From Myxococcota bacterium (GTDB lineage: Bacteria > Myxococcota_A > Polyangia > Nannocystales > Nannocystaceae), in NCBI GenBank assembly GCA_039028615.1, contig JBCCHT010000022.1, forward strand, positions 147,026-211,025: a stretch of 64,000 nt of DNA, in the 5' to 3' direction. The translations under genes were made by a program, and so were the position numbers. This document shows, piece after piece, positions 8,419-20,723 of this stretch; the first letter of the stretch is position 1; every line of letters begins with the position of its first letter. The notes under the pieces are model-generated. The model was given only the letters and a program-made list of their open reading frames with translations, was not told the DNA's origin and did not search any database.

Positions 8419-10227
8419 GTGAGTGCCGACGGGGGTTGGTCGCCGCGAGCCAACGGCGAAATCACACTGGTTGAAATCCTTCGTAAGCGCGCCCGCGAGC
8501 AACCTTCGCGCGTGGCGTTCACGTGGCTCGCAGCCGGCGAGCGCGAGGACGGGCAGCTCACGTACGCGCAGCTCGAGGAGCGCGCCCGGGCCATCGCGGC
8601 CGAGCTGCAGTCGCGCACCGAGCCCGGCGACCGCGTGCTGCTGCTGTACGAAGGCGGCCTGCAATTCGTCGAGTCGTTCTTCGGCTGTCTGTTCGCCAAG
8701 GTCGTCGCCGTCCCGGCCTACCCGCCCGACCCCTACCGGCTGCAGCGGAGCCTCGATCGCCTGCTGGGCATCGTGCGTGACGCGGAGCCCACGCTCATCC
8801 TCACCACCGCCTCCATCATCGCCATTCGCGATGGCCTGAAGCTCGACCTCGGGCAAGACCTCGCCGGACTCGAGTGGCTCGCCACCGATGCGGTGGACAC
8901 CGCGCGCAGCGAGCAGTGGGAGGCCCGCCTCGCGGTCCCGGCCGACCTGGCCATGATCCAGTACACCTCGGGGTCCACTGGGACCCCCAAGGGGGTCATG
9001 GTCAGCCACGCCAACCTCCTCTACAACGAGGAGATGATCCACCAGGCCTTCGAGACCCACCCGGGCTCGGTGGTGGTGGGCTGGCTGCCGCTGTTCCACG
9101 ACATGGGTCTCATCGGCAACGTGCTGCAGCCGGTCTATACCGGCTTCCACAGCGTGCTGATGTCCCCGCTGGACTTCCTCAAAAAGCCCCTGCGGTGGCT
9201 GCAGGCGATCAGCAACTACGAGGCCACCATCGGCGGCGGCCCGAACTTCGCCTACGAGCTGTGCATTCGAAAGGTGAGCGACGAAGACCTCGCGTCGCTG
9301 AAGCTGTCGCAGTGGCAGGTCGCGTTCAACGGCGCCGAGCCCATCTTCGACGACACCCTCGAGCGCTTCCGGGCCCGCTTCGCCCCCTGTGGCTTCCGAC
9401 GCCAGGCCTTCTACCCGTGCTACGGGTTGGCCGAGACCACGCTCATCCTGACGGGCGGAGCACGCAACACCGAGCCGGTCTGCGTGCGCGTCGACGCCGA
9501 AGCCCTCGGCCATGGCCGCGCCGTGCTCGTCGAAGGCGAGGGCAACGACAGCGTCACCCTGATGGGAAGCGGCCGCCAGCTCTTCGCGCAGGACTATCGC
9601 ATCGTCGATCCCGAGACCAAGGCGGCCTGCGAAGACGGTCGCGTCGGCGAGATCTGGGCCAGCGGCCCCGCCATCGCCCAGGGCTACTTTCGCCGCGAAG
9701 ACGCCACCGCCGAGGCCTTCGGACACCGCGTCGCGGGCGACGACGGCACGGGCCCGCAGTTTCTACGCACGGGTGACCTCGGCTTCGTCCTCGACGACGA
9801 GCTTTTCGTCACCGGGCGGATCAAGGACGTCATGATCCTCCGCGGGCGTAACCACTACCCGCAGGACCTCGAGCGCACCATCGCCGGCTCGCACGCGGCG
9901 CTTCGGCCGGGCTCCACCGCGTGCTTCACCGTTCGTCACGACGGCGAGCAAAAACCGGTGGCGGTGCAGGAGTTCAAAAAGGGCACCGCTCGGGAGACTC
10001 ACGCCGACATCTTCGGCTCCGTGCGCGAGGCGGTCGCCCGCGACCACGGCCTGCGCCTCCACGACGTGCTGCTCATTCCCGCCGGCACCATCCCCAAGAC
10101 CTCCAGCGGCAAGATCCGCCGCCGCAAGTGCATGAACATCTACCTCGCGCGCCTCCGGGCCGCGCCCGACGACGCCGTCGGGACGCTGATGCGAGCGCCG
10201 AAACCAACCGAGGCCGATCATGGCTGA
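8419..10227 (+). CDS. Fatty acyl-AMP ligase (FAAL)
   Basis: IQYTSGSTGTPKGV, WLPLFHDMGLIG, YPCYGLAETT, FAAL-type insertion (PVCVRVDAEALGHG), LRTGDLGF, IPKTSSGKIRR. GGGAGG SD before GTG 8419; the frame stays open upstream to 8155. Confidence 0.95.
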   Translation: MSADGGWSPRANGEITLVEILRKRAREQPSRVAFTWLAAGEREDGQLTYAQLEERARAIAAELQSRTEPGDRVLLLYEGGLQFVESFFGCLFAKVVAVPAYPPDPYRLQRSLDRLLGIVRDAEPTLILTTASIIAIRDGLKLDLGQDLAGLEWLATDAVDTARSEQWEARLAVPADLAMIQYTSGSTGTPKGVMVSHANLLYNEEMIHQAFETHPGSVVVGWLPLFHDMGLIGNVLQPVYTGFHSVLMSPLDFLKKPLRWLQAISNYEATIGGGPNFAYELCIRKVSDEDLASLKLSQWQVAFNGAEPIFDDTLERFRARFAPCGFRRQAFYPCYGLAETTLILTGGARNTEPVCVRVDAEALGHGRAVLVEGEGNDSVTLMGSGRQLFAQDYRIVDPETKAACEDGRVGEIWASGPAIAQGYFRREDATAEAFGHRVAGDDGTGPQFLRTGDLGFVLDDELFVTGRIKDVMILRGRNHYPQDLERTIAGSHAALRPGSTACFTVRHDGEQKPVAVQEFKKGTARETHADIFGSVREAVARDHGLRLHDVLLIPAGTIPKTSSGKIRRRKCMNIYLARLRAAPDDAVGTLMRAPKPTEADHG

Positions 10228-11230
10228 GACCGCCGACCCCGAGACCCCGCTCTCCGACGAAGCCAACGCGTCGATCGGACGCCGCAGCGGCGGCATCGAG
10301 CGCCTCGATGCCCAGTTCGCCTACGTCACCTCGTTGTCGCCGCTGCTGATGACGATCTTGGCGTTCGCGCTGCTGCCCTTCGGGTTCATGGTCACGTGGG
10401 TCGAGGTGATGCTCTTCCTGGTGATGTACGTGCTCGTGATGATCGGGCTCGAGGTCGGCTACCACCGCTACTTCTCGCATCACCCCTTCAAGGCGTCGCG
10501 ACCGGTCAAGATCGGCCTGGCGGTCCTGGGCTCCATGGGCTTTCAGGGCCCCGTGATCTGGTGGGCGGCCACGCATCGCCGACACCACCGCTACTCCGAT
10601 CACGATGGCGACCCGCACTCCCCTCGCCGCACCGGTCCCGGCTGGCGCGGGGCGCTACGCGGGCTCTACGAGGGTCACATGGGCTGGCTCTTCGACAAGA
10701 ACCGAGCCCGCCCCGACAACTGGTGGATCTACGCCAAAGACCTCTACGCCGACCCCGACATCTTCAAGATCCACTACCACTACTTCTACTGGATGCTCTT
10801 CGGACTGGTGTTCCCCGCCGTCGTGGGCGGCCTGATCCACGGCACCTTGAAGGGCGCGTTCATGGGCCTTTTGTGGGGTGGCTTCGTGCGGGTGTTCTTC
10901 GGCGATCACTTCATTCGCACCGTGAACTCGGTGTCGCATGTCGTGGGCTCGCGCGCCTTCGAGACCACCGACAATAGCCGCAACAACTTCTGGCTCGCGG
11001 TGCCGACCCTGGGCCAAGCCTGGCACCACAACCATCACGCGTTCCCGGCCATCGCCACCACCAAGATCGAGTGGTGGCAGGTCGACCTCGGCTACTGGGT
11101 CATCCGCTCGCTCGAGCTGGTCAAGCTCGTCTCGCGGGTCCGCCTGCCCACGCCGCAATCCATCGCCGCCAAGCGCATCGGCGCCGGGGCGGCCGCATCC
11201 CCCCAAGGAGAATCGAATGACGTCGCCTAA
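10220..11230 (+). CDS. Membrane-bound fatty acid desaturase (Delta9/OLE1-like; JamB/TtuB-like context)
   Basis: Three His boxes: HRYFSH, HRRHH and HHNHH; GDPHSP; overlaps the FAAL stop. Confidence 0.93.
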   Translation: MAETADPETPLSDEANASIGRRSGGIERLDAQFAYVTSLSPLLMTILAFALLPFGFMVTWVEVMLFLVMYVLVMIGLEVGYHRYFSHHPFKASRPVKIGLAVLGSMGFQGPVIWWAATHRRHHRYSDHDGDPHSPRRTGPGWRGALRGLYEGHMGWLFDKNRARPDNWWIYAKDLYADPDIFKIHYHYFYWMLFGLVFPAVVGGLIHGTLKGAFMGLLWGGFVRVFFGDHFIRTVNSVSHVVGSRAFETTDNSRNNFWLAVPTLGQAWHHNHHAFPAIATTKIEWWQVDLGYWVIRSLELVKLVSRVRLPTPQSIAAKRIGAGAAASPQGESNDVA

Positions 11231-11480
11231 CGACCGCACGCAGGAGATCACGGACTGGCTGGTCAAGACGGTCGCCAAGACCCTCGAGATTCCCGCGTTC
11301 GAGATCGACACCACCGCCTCCTTCGAGCGCTACGGCATGGACTCTTCGGCCGCGGTGCACATCGTGGGCGAGCTCGAGAAGTGGCTCGGTCGCAAGCTGC
11401 CGAGCAACCTGGCGTATCAGTACTCGTCGATCTCCGCGCTGGCGCAATTCATCGCGTCCTCCGAGCAGGCCGCGAGCTAG
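11217..11480 (+). CDS. Acyl carrier protein
   Basis: 87 aa with YGMDS phosphopantetheine site; AAGGAG SD; overlaps the desaturase end. Confidence 0.95.
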   Translation: MTSPNDRTQEITDWLVKTVAKTLEIPAFEIDTTASFERYGMDSSAAVHIVGELEKWLGRKLPSNLAYQYSSISALAQFIASSEQAAS

Positions 11481-11787
11481 CCCCGCCATCGGCCGCAGCG
11501 CACCACGCCGCTGCTCGCGACGCCGAGCGGCGGCATTCGCATGCCGCGATTTCGACGGAGCGATGGATGCTCGTACGCCCAAACCCACGGGTATGACAAC
11601 CTCCTCGGTTTTCATTCAGCTCGGGTGACGATTTCCTCCGTTCGGCGAAAAAGGGCGGGCTCACGGCCCTTTGCCCCCGAGAAAAACGAGGTCGGCTGAA
11701 TAATCCCCGCGAAACAAGCGATCCACGCTACGTCGCGCCACTGCGCTCGAAGCCCCTCCTGGAGCCGGCGCGACGAGGGATTTCGCC

Positions 11788-14744
<2,957 letters not shown>

Positions 14745-14748
<4 letters not shown>

Positions 14749-15629
14749 ACCGGGGTCCAGCGCACGTAGAGACTCGCGTGACCGTTGTCGAGACCGCTCG
14801 ACTCGTACTCGGCCCGCACGCGGATGCTTGGGCCTTCCCCGCGAGCGAAGTCGTCGTCGTCCACGGCGCGGTCGAAGCCGGTCCCCTTCAGGGCTTGCTC
14901 GATCTCCCGGTGACGCTCCTGGTCGGCCGGGAGCGCGGGATGGGTCTCCATGGTGGTGCGTCTGGCCTGGTAGGCCTGCTCCCAGCGGCGCCAGATCTGC
15001 CAGTCCTCGAGGGCGAGGCGGAACACCTCGTCGGACAAGGGCGTGAGCGCATAGATGTCGTCGTCCGCGTCGATGTCGGCGAACTCGGAGGCAAAACGAT
15101 GGGGCACGCCGCGAAAGTTGGTGACTCCCCCTCGAGGATGATCCCACCAATCGGGCACGGAGTAGATCTTGTCCCACCCGTCCGGAGGCGGCGCAGGCAG
15201 CTCGCCCGTGGCGCGCACGACGATCGCCTGCAGGCCGCCGCCCGCCTTCGCGAAGTGCAACTCGGCCCCGCCCTCGACCTGGAGCACTTCACCATCATCG
15301 CGCGCTTCGACGGGGCGGGCGTCGATCTCGTGGCGCTGCAGCAGCGCCCGTACGGCCGACGGCGACGCTCCCGAAAGCTCCGCCAGGATCCACGGGTCGA
15401 GGGTCCGGCCCTCCCCCGCATTGGGCTGCCCGAGTTCCGCGAGGGATAGCCGACCGACGCGCCCACACGCGAGCAGGTGCGCCTCGAAGCTGCCGTAGCG
15501 CCACACCTGCTGGGCTCGAGCGTCGCGCTCACCGAGGCAGGCACGAAGCTCGTGGCCGTCGATGCCGAGCAGCGCGCCCCCCAATGAACCCCGTACGATC
15601 AGGTCCTCGATCGAAAACACCACGGTCAT
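14745..15629 (-). CDS. Hypothetical two-domain protein
   Basis: Coding-like ORF converging on the kinase with a 4-nt stop overlap; two parts joined by a PAPPP linker. Confidence 0.6.
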
Positions 15630-15683
15630 GGCTTCGGTCGAGCACCACGGTAGGCCAAAGCCACGGGGGCTTCCACCGCGGAC

Positions 15684-16904
15684 TCAGAGCTTGGACGCGC
15701 GGCCGAGATACACGCTGCCGGGGTGAGCCTTGCGTAGCGCACCGATGGCCGCGTCGCGCTGCTCGATGCGCCCGAGTCGGTGGAGCGCCTGGACCTTGCC
15801 CCAATGCGCTTCCTCGGCCAGCGCACCGCCTCCGCCGTCGAGATAGCGCGCAAAGGCCCGCAGCGCCGCCTTGGACCGGCCCCGACGCAGCTCGAGCTCA
15901 CCGACCGAGACGTTGGCGGTGTGAGCCTCGGCGGACCGCGGATGCTGTCGGCGCAAGGTCGCGTAGGTGGCCAGGGCCCGACCGGAGTTGCCCGCCGCCA
16001 CGTGTCGCCGCGCCGCGCTGAGCAGCTCGCCCGGTGTCGTGGTCGGAGGCCGAGGGCTCACCGCCGGCTCCGGCTCGGGCTCCACCTCGGCCGCGGGGGG
16101 CTCGACGACGACGTCCGCCACCGCGGGTTCCGGGGCGACCGGCACGGGCTCGGGTTCGACGGCCGGGTTCGGCTCGGCCTGGGCCAGCGCCTGCTCGCCT
16201 CCCCACGCGATGCGCTGACCGGGCTCGACGGTCTGCGACTCGAAGGTCACCTGCCCGCGCTCGGCCTGCAGCCATCCCCCGTCCGGGGTGAGCACCAGCT
16301 CGAATGCAGCCTCGGTCGCCACGAGGTTGCCATGGCGCGTCTCGAAACGACCCGAGCCCTCGAACGTCAGCTCGCCCGTGTCCAGCTCGATGGCGTCGCC
16401 ACGGGTGCGTAGCCGGGCTGACGCCGACACGCACCCCTGCCCCTTCGCCACGTCCACACACGCGCGCTCGCGGGCCACCACCCAGCGCTCGACCGGTAGC
16501 TCGTCGCCCGACGACAGCGCCAGGTCGTCACTCATGAGCGTGCCGCTGGTGACCACCGCCCGCCCTTCCGCCTCGTGCAGCGTGGTGCGATCGGGCAGCC
16601 CGGTCCACAGCACCAAAGCCGCCGCTGCAGCCACGAAAGCCGCCCCGACACCCATCGCCACGCGACGGGAAGGCGGAGGCGCCTGCTCGCGGCGGAACCG
16701 AGCCAAGGTCTCCTCTGCCCGCGCGAGGTCCTTGGCCAGCACCGGGCCCGGCTCGCCCGCGCGCTGCATGGAACGATACAGCTGCCGCTCGCGCTCGACC
16801 TCGGCGTCGTCGATCTCGGCCAACAGCCGCAGCTCGGACTCGGTCAGCTCGTCGCCCACCGCCTCGGCGTCGGCCAGCTCGGCCCAACGGGTCGCGTCGC
16901 TCAT
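15684..16904 (-). CDS. Anti-sigma-like membrane protein (FecR-like region plus C-terminal TPR)
   Basis: ATGA overlap with the sigma factor stop; one TM helix, a beta-rich region, a Pro-rich linker, then a TPR-like YxxLRRQHPRS...HPGSVY region. Confidence 0.8.
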   Translation of the reverse strand: MSDATRWAELADAEAVGDELTESELRLLAEIDDAEVERERQLYRSMQRAGEPGPVLAKDLARAEETLARFRREQAPPPSRRVAMGVGAAFVAAAAALVLWTGLPDRTTLHEAEGRAVVTSGTLMSDDLALSSGDELPVERWVVARERACVDVAKGQGCVSASARLRTRGDAIELDTGELTFEGSGRFETRHGNLVATEAAFELVLTPDGGWLQAERGQVTFESQTVEPGQRIAWGGEQALAQAEPNPAVEPEPVPVAPEPAVADVVVEPPAAEVEPEPEPAVSPRPPTTTPGELLSAARRHVAAGNSGRALATYATLRRQHPRSAEAHTANVSVGELELRRGRSKAALRAFARYLDGGGGALAEEAHWGKVQALHRLGRIEQRDAAIGALRKAHPGSVYLGRASKL

Positions 16905-17602
16905 CCGCCCGCTCCTTCGCGGCGGGGTGCCAGCGCAGCGTCGCGGCGAATCAGAGCCCGCAGAGCGCGGCGACCGTACAAGAGCCGAGACTTGACCGTG
17001 TCCACGGGCGCGCCGACCAGCTGCGCCACCTCGGCCACGCTGTGGTCGAGCACGTGACGCAGCACCAACGCCTCGCGCTGCGGCTCGGACAGCGAGCCGA
17101 GGTACTCCTCGAGCTCGCGCGGCAGCCCTTCGCCCAGGCTGGGAACCGGCGCGGGCTCGGGCGCGGCGGGCACTTCGGCCGACAGCTCCACCACCCGCAG
17201 CCGACGTTGGTTCTGCTCGCGCAAGCGCAGACAGGCATGCGCAGCCACGCGTCGAGACCATCGCACCAGGCTCGAGTCACCGCGGTAGGTCGGTAACCCC
17301 TCGAGCACCCGCATCAGGGCGACCTGCACCGCGTCGTCGACATCCGCCGGGTTGTGGAGGATGGCCCGCGCCACCACCCGCAGGTGCGGCAGCAGGCGCT
17401 CGAGCAGCTCGCCTTCGGCCCGCGAGTCCCCGCGACGCACCCGACGCGCCAGCGCCACGTCCTCGCGGCGGCGTGCGGCCGGATCCGGGGCGGTGGAAGC
17501 GTTCGCGGCTCGCGCGAGGCTCAGCACCCAGGTCCGCGCGCGCTCCACCCACGGCGGGAGCCGCAGCGGAGGAGCGGGCCAAACGGCAACATGCGCGGGC
17601 AC
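16901..17602 (-). CDS. ECF sigma-70 factor
   Basis: Region 2 DVDDAVQVALMRV...YRGDSSLVRW; region 4 LSEPQREALVLRH...EVAQLVGAPVDTVKSRL. Start uncertain. Confidence 0.93.
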   Translation of the reverse strand: MPAHVAVWPAPPLRLPPWVERARTWVLSLARAANASTAPDPAARRREDVALARRVRRGDSRAEGELLERLLPHLRVVARAILHNPADVDDAVQVALMRVLEGLPTYRGDSSLVRWSRRVAAHACLRLREQNQRRLRVVELSAEVPAAPEPAPVPSLGEGLPRELEEYLGSLSEPQREALVLRHVLDHSVAEVAQLVGAPVDTVKSRLLYGRRALRALIRRDAALAPRREGAGG

Positions 17603-17680
17603 GGTGGATCTCGATACCCGAGCGGGGCCATCGGGGTGAAGTCGGATCGCAGTTTTTTCCTGAATGGCGCTACAGGCCCG

Positions 17681-18853
17681 CTAGCGCAGCCGAAACAGCA
17701 ATCCGGCACGCACGCGGGGGCGCACGCGCCAAGGGTCCAGCGCCACTCGCCGGGCACTGCCCTCACATGTCGGTGCCGCCTCGTCGCACTCGATGAACGC
17801 GAAGCGATTGAGCACCACGCCGACCCCGGGCTCGAGTACCACGGCAACCCGCGGGCTCACGTCGAGCGCTACGCCACCGTCGATGCCCGCGCTCGCCATG
17901 ACTCGCCACCCCGTCGTGCTCGTCGTGCGGTCGATCCAGCGCAGGCCCTCCGCCGCCACGCCACCCAGCGCATGGAGGCTCACCCGCGATCCCACGCGCC
18001 ACTGCGGGCCTGCGCGCAGCTGCCCCGCTTGCCGCCAGGTTACCGCCGGGTCGTCACCGAACCACGGGATCATGAGGTCGTAGTCCGCGGTCAGGCGCCA
18101 GCGAGCGCCGAGCTCCAAGAAGCCACCGATCGAGACCCCGCTCTGCCACGGTACCGCGGCCGCCAATCCCTCGCCGCGATAGGCCAGCGACAGGCCCCCG
18201 CGAACCCGCGGCGGTGGCTGACTTCGCGGGGGCTCGGGCGGTGTTTCGACCTCGGGCTCTGGCTCCGGTTCGGGCGCTGGTTCGGGTTCGGCTGCAGGCT
18301 CGGGCTCGGCCGGCTCCGGGCCTTCTTGCGTGGCCAGCTCGGCGGTGGAGGCCTCCTCCATCGCCAGCTCCGTGCCCGCCGCCAAGGCCAGGCTCCCCGC
18401 CTTGACGATGATCCACAGCGCCTCGCGACTGGCCTCCTCACTGCTGGGATCGACCGGCACCCGCCGCACGAAGGCCGCCCCCTCGGACGCCAGCAGGAAC
18501 ACCCGGATCTCGGCCGGATCGCGGGCATCGAACCAGAACACGCCGCGCACGGGCGCATCGCCCTCGAGCAGCTGCCTGGCCAGCGGACCCGAGACCTCGT
18601 CGGCCGTCTGCGGCCGCACCACCAGCTCGATGTCCTCCCCGCGCAGCTGAGCCGCCGCGGCCCCGAGCGCCTCGATCAACGCCGGATCCTCCTCGGTCCG
18701 CACCAGCACGTAGACCACGGTGGCATCCACCACCGGGTCGCTCGCCTCGGGCTCGGGCGACGCGACGACCATCGCGGGGGGCACTGCAACACCGGTCAGC
18801 ACCGCCCCGAGCAACCATGAGCCGCACCTCGTCGTCGCTCGCGCCAGGCTCAC
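17681..18853 (-). CDS. Exported protein with Pro/Glu linker and C-terminal beta-barrel-like domain
   Basis: Signal-like N-terminus, EPEP linker, amphipathic beta-strand pattern ending AGLLFRLR. Confidence 0.7.
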   Translation of the reverse strand: MSLARATTRCGSWLLGAVLTGVAVPPAMVVASPEPEASDPVVDATVVYVLVRTEEDPALIEALGAAAAQLRGEDIELVVRPQTADEVSGPLARQLLEGDAPVRGVFWFDARDPAEIRVFLLASEGAAFVRRVPVDPSSEEASREALWIIVKAGSLALAAGTELAMEEASTAELATQEGPEPAEPEPAAEPEPAPEPEPEPEVETPPEPPRSQPPPRVRGGLSLAYRGEGLAAAVPWQSGVSIGGFLELGARWRLTADYDLMIPWFGDDPAVTWRQAGQLRAGPQWRVGSRVSLHALGGVAAEGLRWIDRTTSTTGWRVMASAGIDGGVALDVSPRVAVVLEPGVGVVLNRFAFIECDEAAPTCEGSARRVALDPWRVRPRVRAGLLFRLR

Positions 18854-18916
18854 GACGGTATCACGGCGCGAACGGGTGCCCGCGGGGCACGATTCTCCCC
18901 GCGGGACTGCACGAAC

Positions 18917-19816
18917 TCAGCCGGTGGACGCGACCGGGCGAGGGCCCTTGCGCGCACCAAAGGTGTGCTCTTCGCCGGGAAATTGTCGCCCGCGGACTTC
19001 GTCGCCGTAGCGCTTCACCGCGGCCACGCTGCGATCGAACAGCTCGTCGTAGCGCTTGACGAACTTGGGACGCAGGTCGGGGGTGAGGCCGAGCAGGTCG
19101 TAGCAGACCAACACTTGCCCATCGCACTCCACCCCGGCCCCGATCCCGATGGTGGGGATGTCGATCTCGGCGGTGATGCGGGCGGCGAGCTCACCCGGAA
19201 TGCCCTCGAGCACCAGCGCGTAGGCCCCGGCGTCGGCCACCGCGTGCGCGTCGGCCAGGATGCGACGGGCGTCGTCCTCGTCGCGCCCTTGGACCCGGAA
19301 GCCACCCATCGCATGCACGCTCTGGGGGGTGAGCCCCACGTGGGCCATGACGGGAATGCCCGCCGCGACCATGCGCGCGATGGTGGGCGCCACCGAAGCA
19401 CCGCCCTCGAGCTTCACCGAGTGGGCCCTTCCCTCGGCGATGAGACGCCCGGCGTTGCGGACCGCCTCTTCGGGGGTGACCTGGTAGCTGAGGAAGGGCA
19501 TGTCGCCCACGATGTGAGCCGTTCGGGCCCCTCGCGCGACCGCCTTGCAGTGGTAGATGATCTCGTCGACGGTGACGGACAGGGTGTCGTCGTTGCCCTG
19601 GACCACCATGCCGAGCGAGTCGCCTACGAGCAGGATGTCGGCCCCCGCTTCGTCGAGGATGCGAGCGAAGGTCGCATCGTAGGCCGTGACCATGACCAGC
19701 GGGTCGGCGCCTTTGGCCGCGCGGATCTTGGGGACGGTGACTTTCTTTCGAGGTGCGGGGGTTGGCTCAGCTCCGACGCGTCCGTAGCTGGCCTCACGAA
19801 TCTCGTTTTTGGACAC
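18917..19816 (-). CDS. panB: 3-methyl-2-oxobutanoate hydroxymethyltransferase
   Basis: [52 protein letters not shown]. Confidence 0.97.
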   Translation of the reverse strand: MSKNEIREASYGRVGAEPTPAPRKKVTVPKIRAAKGADPLVMVTAYDATFARILDEAGADILLVGDSLGMVVQGNDDTLSVTVDEIIYHCKAVARGARTAHIVGDMPFLSYQVTPEEAVRNAGRLIAEGRAHSVKLEGGASVAPTIARMVAAGIPVMAHVGLTPQSVHAMGGFRVQGRDEDDARRILADAHAVADAGAYALVLEGIPGELAARITAEIDIPTIGIGAGVECDGQVLVCYDLLGLTPDLRPKFVKRYDELFDRSVAAVKRYGDEVRGRQFPGEEHTFGARKGPRPVASTG

Positions 19817-20083
19817 TTTGGTTTTGTGGCGCCTGGGTCGCGGCCGAGTTCATCCCGGTCCACGCCTGTTGGAACGCAGGCGGAATCTAGCACGAGGCTC
19901 GAAGTTGGCCGCCCCTGCCCTCGGGACCCGACGTGACCGGAGCCCCTACTGTCGTTCATCTGCCCGAAATTCCAACAAAAAGCGCCGTTTGACAGCGATT
20001 CGGAGCGCATGACAGATTTCCGCGGTCGTTTGGATGATGTGCCGCGCAGCGGCCTCCCGAGCGACGGATCAAAGGAGATCATC

Positions 20084-20668
20084 GTGAGCTTCGAGTTGCC
20101 CAACCTCCCCTACGCCAAAGATGCGCTCGCGCCCCATATGAGCGCCGAGACCTTCGACTACCACCACGGCAAGCATCACCAGGCCTACGTCAACAAGCTC
20201 AACGCGCTGACCGAAGGCACCCCCAACGCCGACAAGTCCCTCGAGGAGCTCATCAAGAGCACCGACGGTGGTCTGTTCAACCAAGCCGCTCAGGTCTGGA
20301 ACCACACGTTCTTCTGGAACTCGATGAAGCCCCAAGGCGGCGGCGCTCCCTCGGGCGACCTCGCGGCGGCCATCGACCGTGACTTCGGCAGCCTCGACGG
20401 CTTCAAGGAGGCCTTCACCAAGGCCGCCGCCACTCGCTTCGGCTCCGGCTGGGCCTGGCTGGTCAAGGGCGCCGACGGCAAGCTCTCGGTCACCAGCACC
20501 GCCAGCGCGGACAACCCCATGACCGACGGCCTGACCCCCATCCTGACCCTCGACGTCTGGGAGCACGCCTACTACGTGGACTACCGCAACGCGCGGCCCA
20601 AGTTCATCGGCGCCTTCCTCGACAGCCTGGTCAACTGGGACTTCGCTGCCGCCAACTTCAGCAAGTAA
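20084..20668 (+). CDS. sodB: Superoxide dismutase, Fe-type
   Basis: HHGKHHQAYV, FNQAAQVWNH (AAQ is typical of Fe-SOD), DVWEHAYY; AAGGAG SD before GTG 20084. Confidence 0.95.
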   Translation: MSFELPNLPYAKDALAPHMSAETFDYHHGKHHQAYVNKLNALTEGTPNADKSLEELIKSTDGGLFNQAAQVWNHTFFWNSMKPQGGGAPSGDLAAAIDRDFGSLDGFKEAFTKAAATRFGSGWAWLVKGADGKLSVTSTASADNPMTDGLTPILTLDVWEHAYYVDYRNARPKFIGAFLDSLVNWDFAAANFSK

Positions 20669-20688
20669 GTCCCGGCGTCGCCGACGAA

Positions 20689-20717
20689 GAAGCCGCTCCC
20701 TCGGGGGCGGCTTTTTT
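20689..20717 (+). terminator. Intrinsic terminator, probably bidirectional
   Basis: aagccgctccc-tc-gggggcggctt stem followed by a T-tract, between convergent sodB and sppA. Confidence 0.85.
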
Positions 20718-20723
20718 CGTGCC

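Noticed and set aside
11500..11780. Several GC hairpins between the ACP and kinase genes
   Set aside because: No tRNA or known ncRNA pattern; such stems are common in high-GC intergenic DNA.
19989..20017. TTGACA -35 hexamer upstream of sodB
   Set aside because: No convincing -10 box at 16-18 nt spacing.
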